A stretch of 64,000 nucleotides of DNA from Casimicrobiaceae bacterium (GTDB lineage: Bacteria > Pseudomonadota > Gammaproteobacteria > Burkholderiales > Casimicrobiaceae), in NCBI GenBank assembly GCA_035536655.1, contig DATLNR010000134.1, positions 34,846 through 98,845 of the forward strand. Direction: 5' to 3'. The position numbers were made by a program, and so were the translations under genes. The notes beneath the pieces were generated by a model that saw nothing but the letters and a program-made list of their open reading frames with translations, made no database searches and was not told the origin of the DNA. Of this stretch, positions 40,070-48,883 are shown in pieces (position 1 is the first letter of the stretch; each line of letters begins with the position of its first letter).

Positions 40070-40962
40070 TTCCCGTTCTTGCTCCTTAGCGCGAGCACGT
40101 TTCCGGCGACGGCAAGCACGACGCCGACCGCGGCGATCGGCGTCCATCGGTAGCCTTCGGCGAACGTGGACAAGAACATCGCGACGACCGGCGTCGAGAC
40201 GGCGAGAAAGCTCGCCGGCCCGGGACCTACCTGCCTGATCAACACGAAGTACGCGACGAAAGCGACGACGCTGCCGAGCACGGCAAGATACGCAAGCGAC
40301 GCGACATAAGGCCATCGAGCGTCGAACGTCCACACAGCGCCGGCGACCGCGGCCGCGATTGCGGCGGTCGCTGCACCGTACGCCATGCCCCACGCCGTTC
40401 CGCTGAACACCGGAACGCCGATTCGCTGAAGTCGCAGCGTCACCAGGTTGCCGATCGAGGCGATCAGCGTTGCAATGAACGCGAACGCAATGCCGAGTGC
40501 GGCGTCCCCGCCGTCACCGACGGCGGCAAGCTCCGGCAGGAACAGCAACGCGACACCGAGGACACCCAGGCTCGCTCCCGCAATCACGCGTGGAGCCATC
40601 GGCGTGCCGAAAGCGAGTCGCGTTCCGACAGGCGTCATGAACACCATCGTCGAGAACACGACGGCAACAAGGCCTGACGCCACGTAACGCTCGGCGACGT
40701 AGATCAGGACGTAGTTGATGCCGAACATCGTCGCACCCTGCCCCGCGAGGAACAGATGCGTGCGCGCGGAAAAGCTGAGCGACCGCTTGAGCGCCAGGCA
40801 CGAGGCCGCAAGGATCACGGACGCGAGCGCGAAGCGATAGGCGACCGAGACTTCCGGCGCGACCTCGCCGAGCTGGAACTTGATCGCGAGCCACGTCGAG
40901 CCCCAGATCGCCGTCGCGATGACGAACAACGCGACAGGGCCGACACCGAACGCGGCGTTCAT
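40063..40962 (-). CDS. EamA/DMT family transporter
   Basis: IWGSTWLAIK, ~10 TM helices, LAYLAVLGSVVAF. Start overlaps the upstream permease stop (ATGA). Confidence 0.9.
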   Translation of the reverse strand: MNAAFGVGPVALFVIATAIWGSTWLAIKFQLGEVAPEVSVAYRFALASVILAASCLALKRSLSFSARTHLFLAGQGATMFGINYVLIYVAERYVASGLVAVVFSTMVFMTPVGTRLAFGTPMAPRVIAGASLGVLGVALLFLPELAAVGDGGDAALGIAFAFIATLIASIGNLVTLRLQRIGVPVFSGTAWGMAYGAATAAIAAAVAGAVWTFDARWPYVASLAYLAVLGSVVAFVAYFVLIRQVGPGPASFLAVSTPVVAMFLSTFAEGYRWTPIAAVGVVLAVAGNVLALRSKNGNH

Positions 40963-42125
40963 GCCGCGCGCAGCGCGTCGACGATACGCAGCCGCGCCGC
41001 GCGAGCGGCGGGCAGAACGCCGCCGATCAATCCCATGGACAATGCGAACGCGATCGAGATCGCGACGATCGTAGGCGTCAGCGTGAACGAGAACGCGATC
41101 TCGGCGAACGTCTGGAAGTTGACGGTGGAGATCGTCGCCGTCTGCATCAGCGACGCGGCCCCGAGGCCGAGCACGCCACCGAGTAACCCGAGGGCCAGCG
41201 CTTCGACCAGGAACGCGGCCAGGATCGCGGCTCGCGTGAATCCGAGCGCGCGCAGCGTGCCGATCTCCGCAGTGCGTGAGGCAACGCTCGCGTACATGGT
41301 GATCATTGCGCCGATGATCGCGCCGATCGAGAAGATGACCGAGATCGCGACGCCGAGGATGCTGATGAACCGCGCAAGCGTTTCCGACTGGTCGGCGTAG
41401 AAGCGCGGCTCGCGCTTCGCCTCGAGCGTGAGACGCGGGTCGCTCTCGACGGCACGCTTGAACGCGTCGAAGCGCTCGCCGTCGGCGAGCTTGACGAGCA
41501 TCGACGAGTACCCGATGCGTCGGAACGCCTGTAGCATCTGCTCGGCGTCGCCCCAGATCTCCGAGCTGAAGCCGGTGCGTCCTGCGTCGAACGTGCCGAC
41601 AACCAGCCAGTCGCGCGACGCGAAGCGCACGGTTTCGCCAAGACCGGCGCCGCGGAAGCCGTTGGCGATCGAGCGTGCCGTGATGACTTCCAACGTGCCT
41701 GGTCGAAACATGCGCCCTTCGACGAGCACGGCCTGCGGTCGCAGCACAATGCCTTCCGGCGTGATGCCGCGAATCGTCACGTTCGATGGCTTGCCGCTCG
41801 CCCGCTTCGGCAGATTGATCAGCACCACCGGCTCTTTCGAGACAAGCGAACGGCCATCGCCGCCGATCATCACCTCCGGCATCGTTTCGACGATGCCAGC
41901 CTGCAGCCGATCGATGCCGCTTTGCACTTCGCTTTGCGACGAGCGGCGAATGACGACGACATTGTCGGGCTGGCCGGTCTGGACCAGCGTCTCGCGCAGC
42001 CCGGCGGCGAGCATCAGCACGGTCGCGAAGACATAAACGACCAGCGCCATGCCGCCCGCCGTGAGCGCCGTCGTCAACCGACGCGCCGCGAGATTGCGCA
42101 CGACGTAGGAAATCGGAATCTTCAT
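40959..42125 (-). CDS. ABC exporter permease (MacB/FtsX family)
   Basis: TALTAGGMAL TM1, large periplasmic domain, RTAEIGTLRALGF, PAARAAR..IVDALR. Confidence 0.92.
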   Translation of the reverse strand: MKIPISYVVRNLAARRLTTALTAGGMALVVYVFATVLMLAAGLRETLVQTGQPDNVVVIRRSSQSEVQSGIDRLQAGIVETMPEVMIGGDGRSLVSKEPVVLINLPKRASGKPSNVTIRGITPEGIVLRPQAVLVEGRMFRPGTLEVITARSIANGFRGAGLGETVRFASRDWLVVGTFDAGRTGFSSEIWGDAEQMLQAFRRIGYSSMLVKLADGERFDAFKRAVESDPRLTLEAKREPRFYADQSETLARFISILGVAISVIFSIGAIIGAMITMYASVASRTAEIGTLRALGFTRAAILAAFLVEALALGLLGGVLGLGAASLMQTATISTVNFQTFAEIAFSFTLTPTIVAISIAFALSMGLIGGVLPAARAARLRIVDALRAA

Positions 42126-43282
42126 CAGCCGATCGCCCGCAAGCCGTCGACGATCGGCACGTGACCGGCACGCCATGCGGGGAACAGAGCGGCGACGGTG
42201 CCGACGCTGAGCGCAGCGGCGAGCTGCAGCATCATCGTCGTGCTCGAGACGAGGAACACGGGAAACAGCGAGCCAACCGCGCCCGAGAATCCCTTCGCCA
42301 CCGGAAATGTCAGCGCGATCCCGATGATCCCGCCAGCGAGCGCGATGCCGATCGACTCGCCGAAGATCAGCACGCCGACGAAACTTCGCGAAAAGCCGAG
42401 CGCCTTCAGCGTCGCATACTCGGCGTAGCGCTCGCGCGCGGTCATCGTCATCGTGTTCGCCATGACCGCCATGATGATCGCGATGACGACGAACGACACC
42501 GCCTCGATCGCTAGCAGGATCGCTTCGGTCATCGAGATGAAGCCGAGCTGGAACGCCTTCTCGGTCTCGGTGCGCGTCTCCGCGAGCGAGTTCGCGAACA
42601 TCGCGTCGATCGCCGCCGACACCTCCGCTGCACGATCGGGATCGGTAAGCTGCACGATGAACACGCCGGTCTGGTCCGCGCGGCGCGGAAACGTTCGCTT
42701 GATCGTCTCGTTCAGGTACGTCCAGTGGAAGAACATCGCCGACGTATCGGTCGAGCTTTCGGCGCCTTCATAGATGCCGCGCAGCGTGAACGTCCACGTG
42801 CCGGGAAAGATCGTGCCGCGCAGCGCGACCGAGTCGCCCACCTTCCATCCGTACTGCTGCGCGAGCTTCGCGCCGGCTATCGCGCTCGTGCGATCCGAAA
42901 GGAACGCCTTGCGCTCTTCGGGAGACAACTCGAACTCGGGGTACATGCCGAGATAGCTCGTCGGCTCGATTGCGAACTGCGGAAAGAAGTTGCGCTCGCT
43001 CACGTAAACGCCACCGAACCAGTTCGCCCACGACACCGAGGCGACGCCGTCGACCTGGCGAATCTTCTGCGCGTAGGTCAGCGGCATCGAGAACACGAGC
43101 GACACCGCATTGCGCGTGACGAGGCGGGCCGACGAACTCGCGTTCGCGCCTGCGTACCAAGCGTCGACAACTGTGCGCAACAAGCCGAACGCGACGATCG
43201 CCACGACGATGCCCGCGAGCGTGAGCGCCGTGCGCAGCTTGTGACGAAAGGCGTTGCGAAGGACGAGGAGCGAAACGAACAC
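42125..43282 (-). CDS. ABC exporter permease (MacB/FtsX family)
   Basis: RNAFRHKLRTALT, ERYAEYATLKALGF, PAWRA...IVDGLR. Confidence 0.92.
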   Translation of the reverse strand: MFVSLLVLRNAFRHKLRTALTLAGIVVAIVAFGLLRTVVDAWYAGANASSSARLVTRNAVSLVFSMPLTYAQKIRQVDGVASVSWANWFGGVYVSERNFFPQFAIEPTSYLGMYPEFELSPEERKAFLSDRTSAIAGAKLAQQYGWKVGDSVALRGTIFPGTWTFTLRGIYEGAESSTDTSAMFFHWTYLNETIKRTFPRRADQTGVFIVQLTDPDRAAEVSAAIDAMFANSLAETRTETEKAFQLGFISMTEAILLAIEAVSFVVIAIIMAVMANTMTMTARERYAEYATLKALGFSRSFVGVLIFGESIGIALAGGIIGIALTFPVAKGFSGAVGSLFPVFLVSSTTMMLQLAAALSVGTVAALFPAWRAGHVPIVDGLRAIG

Positions 43283-43322
43283 GCGACGGCGGCTCCCGGC
43301 GACGGTGCCGCCATGCCGAACG

Positions 43323-44537
43323 ATGAATCAGCAGTTTATCCGAGGGGATACACCGTTCATCGGCGGGGCATGTTTCTTGCGCCAATCACCGCATGTGCAT
43401 GCACACAAGGCGTTGTTGCGCGCGCGCTCTTCCGCTGCTGTGAGACACAACACGGCCTGGCGTTCATCGATCGTTCGCGTGGTCACCGCCGCGGCCGCGG
43501 TCACTGCATTGCGTGCCGGACGCGTCGATGCCGGGATCGTCGACTTCACCGAGTTGGTCAACTGGACGTCGTTCTCGCCCGTACACATCGGATGGACGTT
43601 GCTTGCAGGCGCCGGACTCGCCGCCGTTGCGATCACCGCGCGCAACGTCCGCCGATCGCAGAACACCGCGCTTCCCGAGGAGCCGCTCGGAACCTACGTC
43701 GCGGAAACGGAAGCGCTGATCGATGCGCCGGCGAACGAAGCGATCGCGGACGAACGAGCCGCGGCAGCGGTCGAACCTCAAGCGACCGAGGTTTCAATGC
43801 AATCGGCGCACGTCGAGCCGGCGGTGATCGTCGACGATGGCGCCGATGCGACGGAAGTCTCGACCGCGGAGCTTCGCTCGGATCGCGCGTCGCCCGACGA
43901 CCGCTCCACGTTGTTCCTCGAGCTCGCGCACGTCGACTTGTCGATCGACGTGCTGCGACGCCACCTCGAACACGAAGCGCGGCCGATGCCGGCCGTGTGG
44001 CTCATGCTCCTCGACCTGTGCCGCACGCACGGACGCGAACGGACGTTTCACGAGCTCGCGTCCGAGTTTCATCGGCGCTTCAACGCGCGCGCGCCGGAAT
44101 GGGACGGATTTCCGCCAGGTCGCGGCGACGCCGGTCTCGAAGCCTATCCGCGGATCATCGAAGCGATCACGCAAGCCTGGGGCACACCCACGTGCCGCGA
44201 GCTTCTCGATCAATTGCTGTACGACCGGCGCGGCGGGGATCGACGCGGCTTCACGATCAATGCCTATCAGGATCTGGTTGCGTTGAGCCGCGCCACCGAC
44301 GCCGTGCTCGATGGCATCGATCGACAGCGTGTCCTCGATCGCACGACGGATTCGTCCGTCGATGAATGGGGCAGCGCGTCGCTCTCGGGGCGCATCCACG
44401 AGATGTTCGCGCGCGAGCACCAGGCCACGGCGCTGCCTTCGACGACCGAAGCGTTCGACAAGATCGAGCAACTGCGGCGACGTGCGGAGGGATTGCTGTC
44501 GTCGAAACGCGCGAAGGCGAAGGACCGCCGACCCTAG
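43323..44537 (+). CDS. Membrane protein with FimV-like cytoplasmic helical domain
   Basis: N-terminal hydrophobic segments, acidic linker, then WLMLLDL...F..LA.EF...FN..AP.W and LEAYPRI...W...LL.D.RGG.R.GF, a pattern seen in FimV-related proteins. Start uncertain. Confidence 0.65.
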   Translation: MNQQFIRGDTPFIGGACFLRQSPHVHAHKALLRARSSAAVRHNTAWRSSIVRVVTAAAAVTALRAGRVDAGIVDFTELVNWTSFSPVHIGWTLLAGAGLAAVAITARNVRRSQNTALPEEPLGTYVAETEALIDAPANEAIADERAAAAVEPQATEVSMQSAHVEPAVIVDDGADATEVSTAELRSDRASPDDRSTLFLELAHVDLSIDVLRRHLEHEARPMPAVWLMLLDLCRTHGRERTFHELASEFHRRFNARAPEWDGFPPGRGDAGLEAYPRIIEAITQAWGTPTCRELLDQLLYDRRGGDRRGFTINAYQDLVALSRATDAVLDGIDRQRVLDRTTDSSVDEWGSASLSGRIHEMFAREHQATALPSTTEAFDKIEQLRRRAEGLLSSKRAKAKDRRP

Positions 44538-44559
44538 CGTAGCGAAGCGGCGCGCGGAC

Positions 44560-45243
44560 TCAATCGACGAGCAGGCCCTTCTCGAGGTGCACGATGCGGC
44601 GCGCCTTTTCCGCGGCTTTCGGGTCGTGCGTCACCATGATGATCGTCTTCTGCAGCTCGCGGTTGAGGCGCGCGAGAAGCTCGAGGATCTCCTCGGCGGT
44701 CACGCGGTCGAGATCGCCGGTTGGCTCGTCGGCAACGATCAGTGTCGGATCGGTGATCAGCGCACGAGCGATCGCGACACGTTGCTGTTGCCCGCCGGAC
44801 AGTTCGTTCGGCTTGTGATCGGCGCGGTCGGAAAGGCCGACGAGCGAAAGCGCCAAGTCGACGCGCTCGCGACGCTCGCGCCGCGACAGCGACGTCAGCA
44901 TCAGCGGCAGCTCGACATTCTCGAACGCCGAGAGCACCGGCATCAGGTTGTAGAACTGGAAGATGAACCCGACGTGCTCGGCGCGCCACGTCGCGAGCTC
45001 GGCATCGGCGAGCTGCGTGATGTCGACGCCGCCGATGAGGATCTCGCCGGAAGACGGTTTGTCGATGCCGGCGATCAGATTCAGGAGTGTCGACTTGCCC
45101 GACCCCGACGGTCCCATCAATGCGATGTAATCGCCGGCGTTGACATCGAAATCGATCTCGATCAACACCGGAATCAGCTGATCGCCGCGCGTGTAGTACT
45201 TCGACAGCTTGCGGATCGCAACGATCGGCGCGTCCGCCATCAT
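44560..45243 (-). CDS. ABC transporter ATP-binding protein (LolD/MacB type)
   Basis: GPSGSGKST, LSGGQQQRVAIARAL, ADEPTGDLD, MVTHD. Confidence 0.96.
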   Translation of the reverse strand: MMADAPIVAIRKLSKYYTRGDQLIPVLIEIDFDVNAGDYIALMGPSGSGKSTLLNLIAGIDKPSSGEILIGGVDITQLADAELATWRAEHVGFIFQFYNLMPVLSAFENVELPLMLTSLSRRERRERVDLALSLVGLSDRADHKPNELSGGQQQRVAIARALITDPTLIVADEPTGDLDRVTAEEILELLARLNRELQKTIIMVTHDPKAAEKARRIVHLEKGLLVD

Positions 45244-45283
45244 CACCACGTCGGGGCCCTCTCGTTGCGCGGACGGTTGCACG

Positions 45284-46492
45284 CTATTTCTGCGCCGCGC
45301 TGACAAGATCGCCGGCGGAAAGCTCCGCAGGAGGCTTCAGCACGGCGCGCTCGCCCGCCTTGACGTCGCCCGCGATCGCCACGGCGTCGCCGAGCTTGGC
45401 GCCGGTGGTCACGGGGACGGCGGCGACACGGTCGCCGCGGACGACGAGAATGACACTGCGACCTTCGCGCGCAACGATGGCGTCCGCGTTCACGGCGGTC
45501 GTCGGCTGCTGTTGCTCGGGCGTGATCTCCTGCGTCAAGAGCGCCACCTTCGCGCTCATCTCGGGCAGCACGCGCGGGTCGATCGCGTCGAAACGGATCT
45601 TCGTCGTCACCGTCGCCTTCGCACGATCGACGGTCGGCACGATCCGGCTGATCCGGCCGCGAAAGCGCATGTCGGGCAGCGCATCGAGCAGGATCTCCGC
45701 TGGCTGGCCGACGTTGACCTTCGCAAGGCTCGATTCCGAGACGTCCGCTTCGACCTCGAGCGTACTCATGTCGGCCATCGTGACGACGGCGCCTTTGCTG
45801 TCCGACGCCGACGAGAACGGCGTGATGATGTCGCCGACGTTCGCCGTCTTCTGCAGGATCACGCCGTCGAACGGCGCACGAATCAACGTGAAGTCGACGG
45901 CGACGCGCGCATTTCGCGCGTTCGCTTGCGCGGCGGCGATCGTCGCTTTCGCGCTCGCGATCGTCGCGACCGCGCGGTCGTGACGCGCCTTCGATGTGTC
46001 GACGACCGCCTGCGCGACGAAGTTCTTCGCTGCGAGATCGCGATTGCGCCCGAGCTGCTGGGCCGCGTCGCGTTCCTCGGCCTGCGCCTGCTCGAGCGCC
46101 GCCCGCGCCGCAACGACGTTCGCCTGCGCGCTGTCCGCCTGCGCGACGACGTCCCGGTTGTCGAGCCGCGCGATCACTTCCCCGGCTGAAACTCGCGAGC
46201 CTTCGGCGACGCCGAGCCACTCCAGTCGCCCCGTGGCCTTCGATGCAATCGCGGCCTTGCGTTGCGCGACGACGTAGCCCGTCGCGTTGAGCACCGCATA
46301 TTGCTGCGACGGATAGCTCGTGACCACGGGCGTGGTTTGCACGACCGTCGGACGCGGCGCGAACGCATACCAGATGCCGCCAGCCGCGGCGACGATCAGG
46401 CCGAGTGCAGGCCACAGCCATCGTCGACGCCCGCGACGCGTCGGTGCGATGCTGCGGTCGATCTTGAGTCGGCCAAGGTCGTCGGGTGTCAC
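45284..46492 (-). CDS. Periplasmic adaptor (MFP, MacA-like)
   Basis: N-terminal TM, ATGYVVA, lipoyl halves, IRAPFDGV, EVEADVSE. Confidence 0.93.
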   Translation of the reverse strand: MTPDDLGRLKIDRSIAPTRRGRRRWLWPALGLIVAAAGGIWYAFAPRPTVVQTTPVVTSYPSQQYAVLNATGYVVAQRKAAIASKATGRLEWLGVAEGSRVSAGEVIARLDNRDVVAQADSAQANVVAARAALEQAQAEERDAAQQLGRNRDLAAKNFVAQAVVDTSKARHDRAVATIASAKATIAAAQANARNARVAVDFTLIRAPFDGVILQKTANVGDIITPFSSASDSKGAVVTMADMSTLEVEADVSESSLAKVNVGQPAEILLDALPDMRFRGRISRIVPTVDRAKATVTTKIRFDAIDPRVLPEMSAKVALLTQEITPEQQQPTTAVNADAIVAREGRSVILVVRGDRVAAVPVTTGAKLGDAVAIAGDVKAGERAVLKPPAELSAGDLVSAAQK

Positions 46493-46567
46493 CGGGAAAA
46501 CAACAACCTACGAGTAGTCAAGCGCCGCCACGCCAGCGCTACGCGGCGACTATTCAGTTCTTCATGC

Positions 46568-47503
46568 TCAATCACAGCCGCGCGGGATTGTAGCTTGGCG
46601 CTGGGATGCGTCGCGTGTGCCGGCGGCCGTGCGCACGGCGAGCACAACAAGCCCGGCCGCAATCAACGCGATGCCGAGCCACTCGGTTGCCGTCAGACGC
46701 TCGCCGACGATGAGCATCGACGAAACGAGCGCGATGACCGGGATCGCGAACATGTTGAGCGAAGCCGTGCTTGCAGGCAGGTGACGCAGCACGAAAGCCC
46801 ACAGGACAAAGCCGACCACGATCGACACGAACGCGGTCCACGCGAGAAGTGCGATGTAGACGCCGTCCCACGCGACCGGCGGCAGATCGAAAAACCACGG
46901 CAACGGCGTCAGCGGCAGGACACCGATCAGCATCTGCCAGGCGAGGAAGTTCATCAACGGAAAATCGTCATTGCGGAGGTAGTACTTCGTCGCGACGCTG
47001 CCGGCCGCCCAGCCGAATCCGGACAGCACCGCCCACAACTTCGGGGTTAGGTCACCGCTCCAGTTCCATGGGCTCACCACCAACGTAAGTCCGGCAGAAG
47101 CAAGCGCAATGGCGATCCACAACGTCCCGCGCACGCGTTCGTGCAGCACGGGCCAGGCCAGTAGCAGCGTCCAGAACGGCATCGTGAAGACCAGCACCGA
47201 CGTGCGACCCGCACCGCCTTCCGCCAGTGCCATCGTCGTCGAGCCGAAGTTCACCGTCGTCTGGAAGAAGCCTGTGACGACGAGCGGCCACCAGCGCGTC
47301 GGCCAGGCGAGATCGCGCTGCACGACGAGCAGCGCGAACACCGCAACCACGGCGAGCCACGTCCGCTGGACGTTGTAGACGATCGGATGCGCGTGGCCGA
47401 GCGCGAGCTTCATCACGATCCAGTTGCTGCCCCAGATCAGCGTGAGCGCGACCACCGCGACGTAGGCGCCGCGTCTTGTGTCGAGGCGCGAAAGGACGCT
47501 CAC
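46568..47503 (-). CDS. EamA/DMT family transporter
   Basis: IWGSNWIVMK, FTMPFW, duplicated 5-TM repeats. Confidence 0.9.
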   Translation of the reverse strand: MSVLSRLDTRRGAYVAVVALTLIWGSNWIVMKLALGHAHPIVYNVQRTWLAVVAVFALLVVQRDLAWPTRWWPLVVTGFFQTTVNFGSTTMALAEGGAGRTSVLVFTMPFWTLLLAWPVLHERVRGTLWIAIALASAGLTLVVSPWNWSGDLTPKLWAVLSGFGWAAGSVATKYYLRNDDFPLMNFLAWQMLIGVLPLTPLPWFFDLPPVAWDGVYIALLAWTAFVSIVVGFVLWAFVLRHLPASTASLNMFAIPVIALVSSMLIVGERLTATEWLGIALIAAGLVVLAVRTAAGTRDASQRQATIPRGCD

Positions 47504-47563
47504 GCGATCGCTCCAAGCGACACGACGCGATGAAGAACCAAGACGCGAAATCGCCGCGTAGCG

Positions 47564-48520
47564 TCAGCGTCGCGGCACTTGATCAACTCGTAGGTTCTTG
47601 TTGAACCGCTCGATCGCGTGTGCGACCGCTTCCGGTTGATCGTGATGCAGCATGTGGCCAGCATCCGGAATCTCGAACAGCGTTGCATCGAGGATGTGCG
47701 CCATGCGCAGGCGTATCTCGGCGAGCGGTTTGTCGAGCACTTCTTCCGGCGAGCGATGGTCGAGCCACGCGCGGATGTGCGAGTCGCGCGCCGCAACCCA
47801 CAGCGTCCTCGCTGTGATCCGTCGCCAGATCGCGTACACCTCCTCGATCCGGTAGACGGTCGGGAACGGAAGCTTGTGCCGCGGATCGGACGTCAGCCGA
47901 ACTTTGCCGTCCGTCGATTCCGCTGCCCAATGGCGCGCGAGAAACGCCGCCTTGTCACGCGTCAACCGCGGGTCGTTCTTCAACAGGCGCTGTGCAACGG
48001 CATCGAAGCTGTCGTAGGGCGAAAACGCGACCGGTTGCTCGAGCGCGTCCAGCCAACGAGTGAACTTGTACGGCGCACGATCGGCGCTTTCCGCGGGAAT
48101 GCCGAAGCCATCCAGCGCGACCAACGTCGCTACGCGCGAGCGGCGCACGCCTGCGTAGTGCATGACGACGTGCGCGCCGAGGCTGTGCCCGATGAGATTG
48201 GCCGGCTCGTTAGGCGAAAACCGCGCGAGCAACGCGTCGAGATCGGCCACATAGTCGGCGAACCAATAGCCCTGCGGTTGCCAGTCGCTGCGGCCGAACC
48301 CGCGCAGATCCGGCGCAATCACATGCCAACGTGCCTGCAGCGCATCGACGACGAACTGGAACGACGCGCCGACGTCCATCCAGCCGTGCAGCATGAAAAG
48401 CTTCGGTGCCGATTCGTCGCCCCAGTGCATCACGTGCGTCGAAAGACCGCGCAGATCGACGCGCTCGGCGCGGGGCATCACGCGCGGAATGTAACGTTGC
48501 GCTAGCGCTTCTTGCTGCAT
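47564..48520 (-). CDS. Alpha/beta hydrolase
   Basis: LHGWMD, APDLRGFG, GHSLG nucleophile, DAGHMLHH. Only the 3' part of the 956-aa ORF is real; the rest is antisense to dnaE. Confidence 0.9.
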   Translation of the reverse strand: MQQEALAQRYIPRVMPRAERVDLRGLSTHVMHWGDESAPKLFMLHGWMDVGASFQFVVDALQARWHVIAPDLRGFGRSDWQPQGYWFADYVADLDALLARFSPNEPANLIGHSLGAHVVMHYAGVRRSRVATLVALDGFGIPAESADRAPYKFTRWLDALEQPVAFSPYDSFDAVAQRLLKNDPRLTRDKAAFLARHWAAESTDGKVRLTSDPRHKLPFPTVYRIEEVYAIWRRITARTLWVAARDSHIRAWLDHRSPEEVLDKPLAEIRLRMAHILDATLFEIPDAGHMLHHDQPEAVAHAIERFNKNLRVDQVPRR

Positions 48521-48822
48521 TGCGCGAGCCCATCCTGCCAGCCGGTCCGATAGTTGCCATCGGCAGGAAAGCGAACCGCATCCTTGCGCGCTCCGCCGGT
48601 CGCGCTGGCGCAACCGTCCGCATAACCTTGCCGGTACGGCAGCGGAAAGCCAGTGAGATTGACCGGCGGTGGCGGTGGCTCCGCGGTTCGCGGCAGCGGC
48701 GCGGCCGGCGGTGGCGGCTGCTGGACCGTCGCGCAGCCGTTGATCATCGCGACGGCAATCGCCAGCGAAGCGACGACACGCGACATCCGGGCGTACGAGA
48801 GGGTCATGATCGGCAACGCCAC
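48502..48822 (-). CDS. Small putative lipoprotein
   Basis: Hydrophobic stretch ending in lipobox-like INGC, Pro-rich linker, repeated Y..G(Y/W).DG motif, further Cys pair. Confidence 0.7.
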   Translation of the reverse strand: MALPIMTLSYARMSRVVASLAIAVAMINGCATVQQPPPPAAPLPRTAEPPPPPVNLTGFPLPYRQGYADGCASATGGARKDAVRFPADGNYRTGWQDGLAQCSKKR

Positions 48823-48883
48823 GGAGTAAAATTCGCTCGCGTGTCGCGAAGCTCGTTTTTCGATTCCAAATACTAACAGGTCG

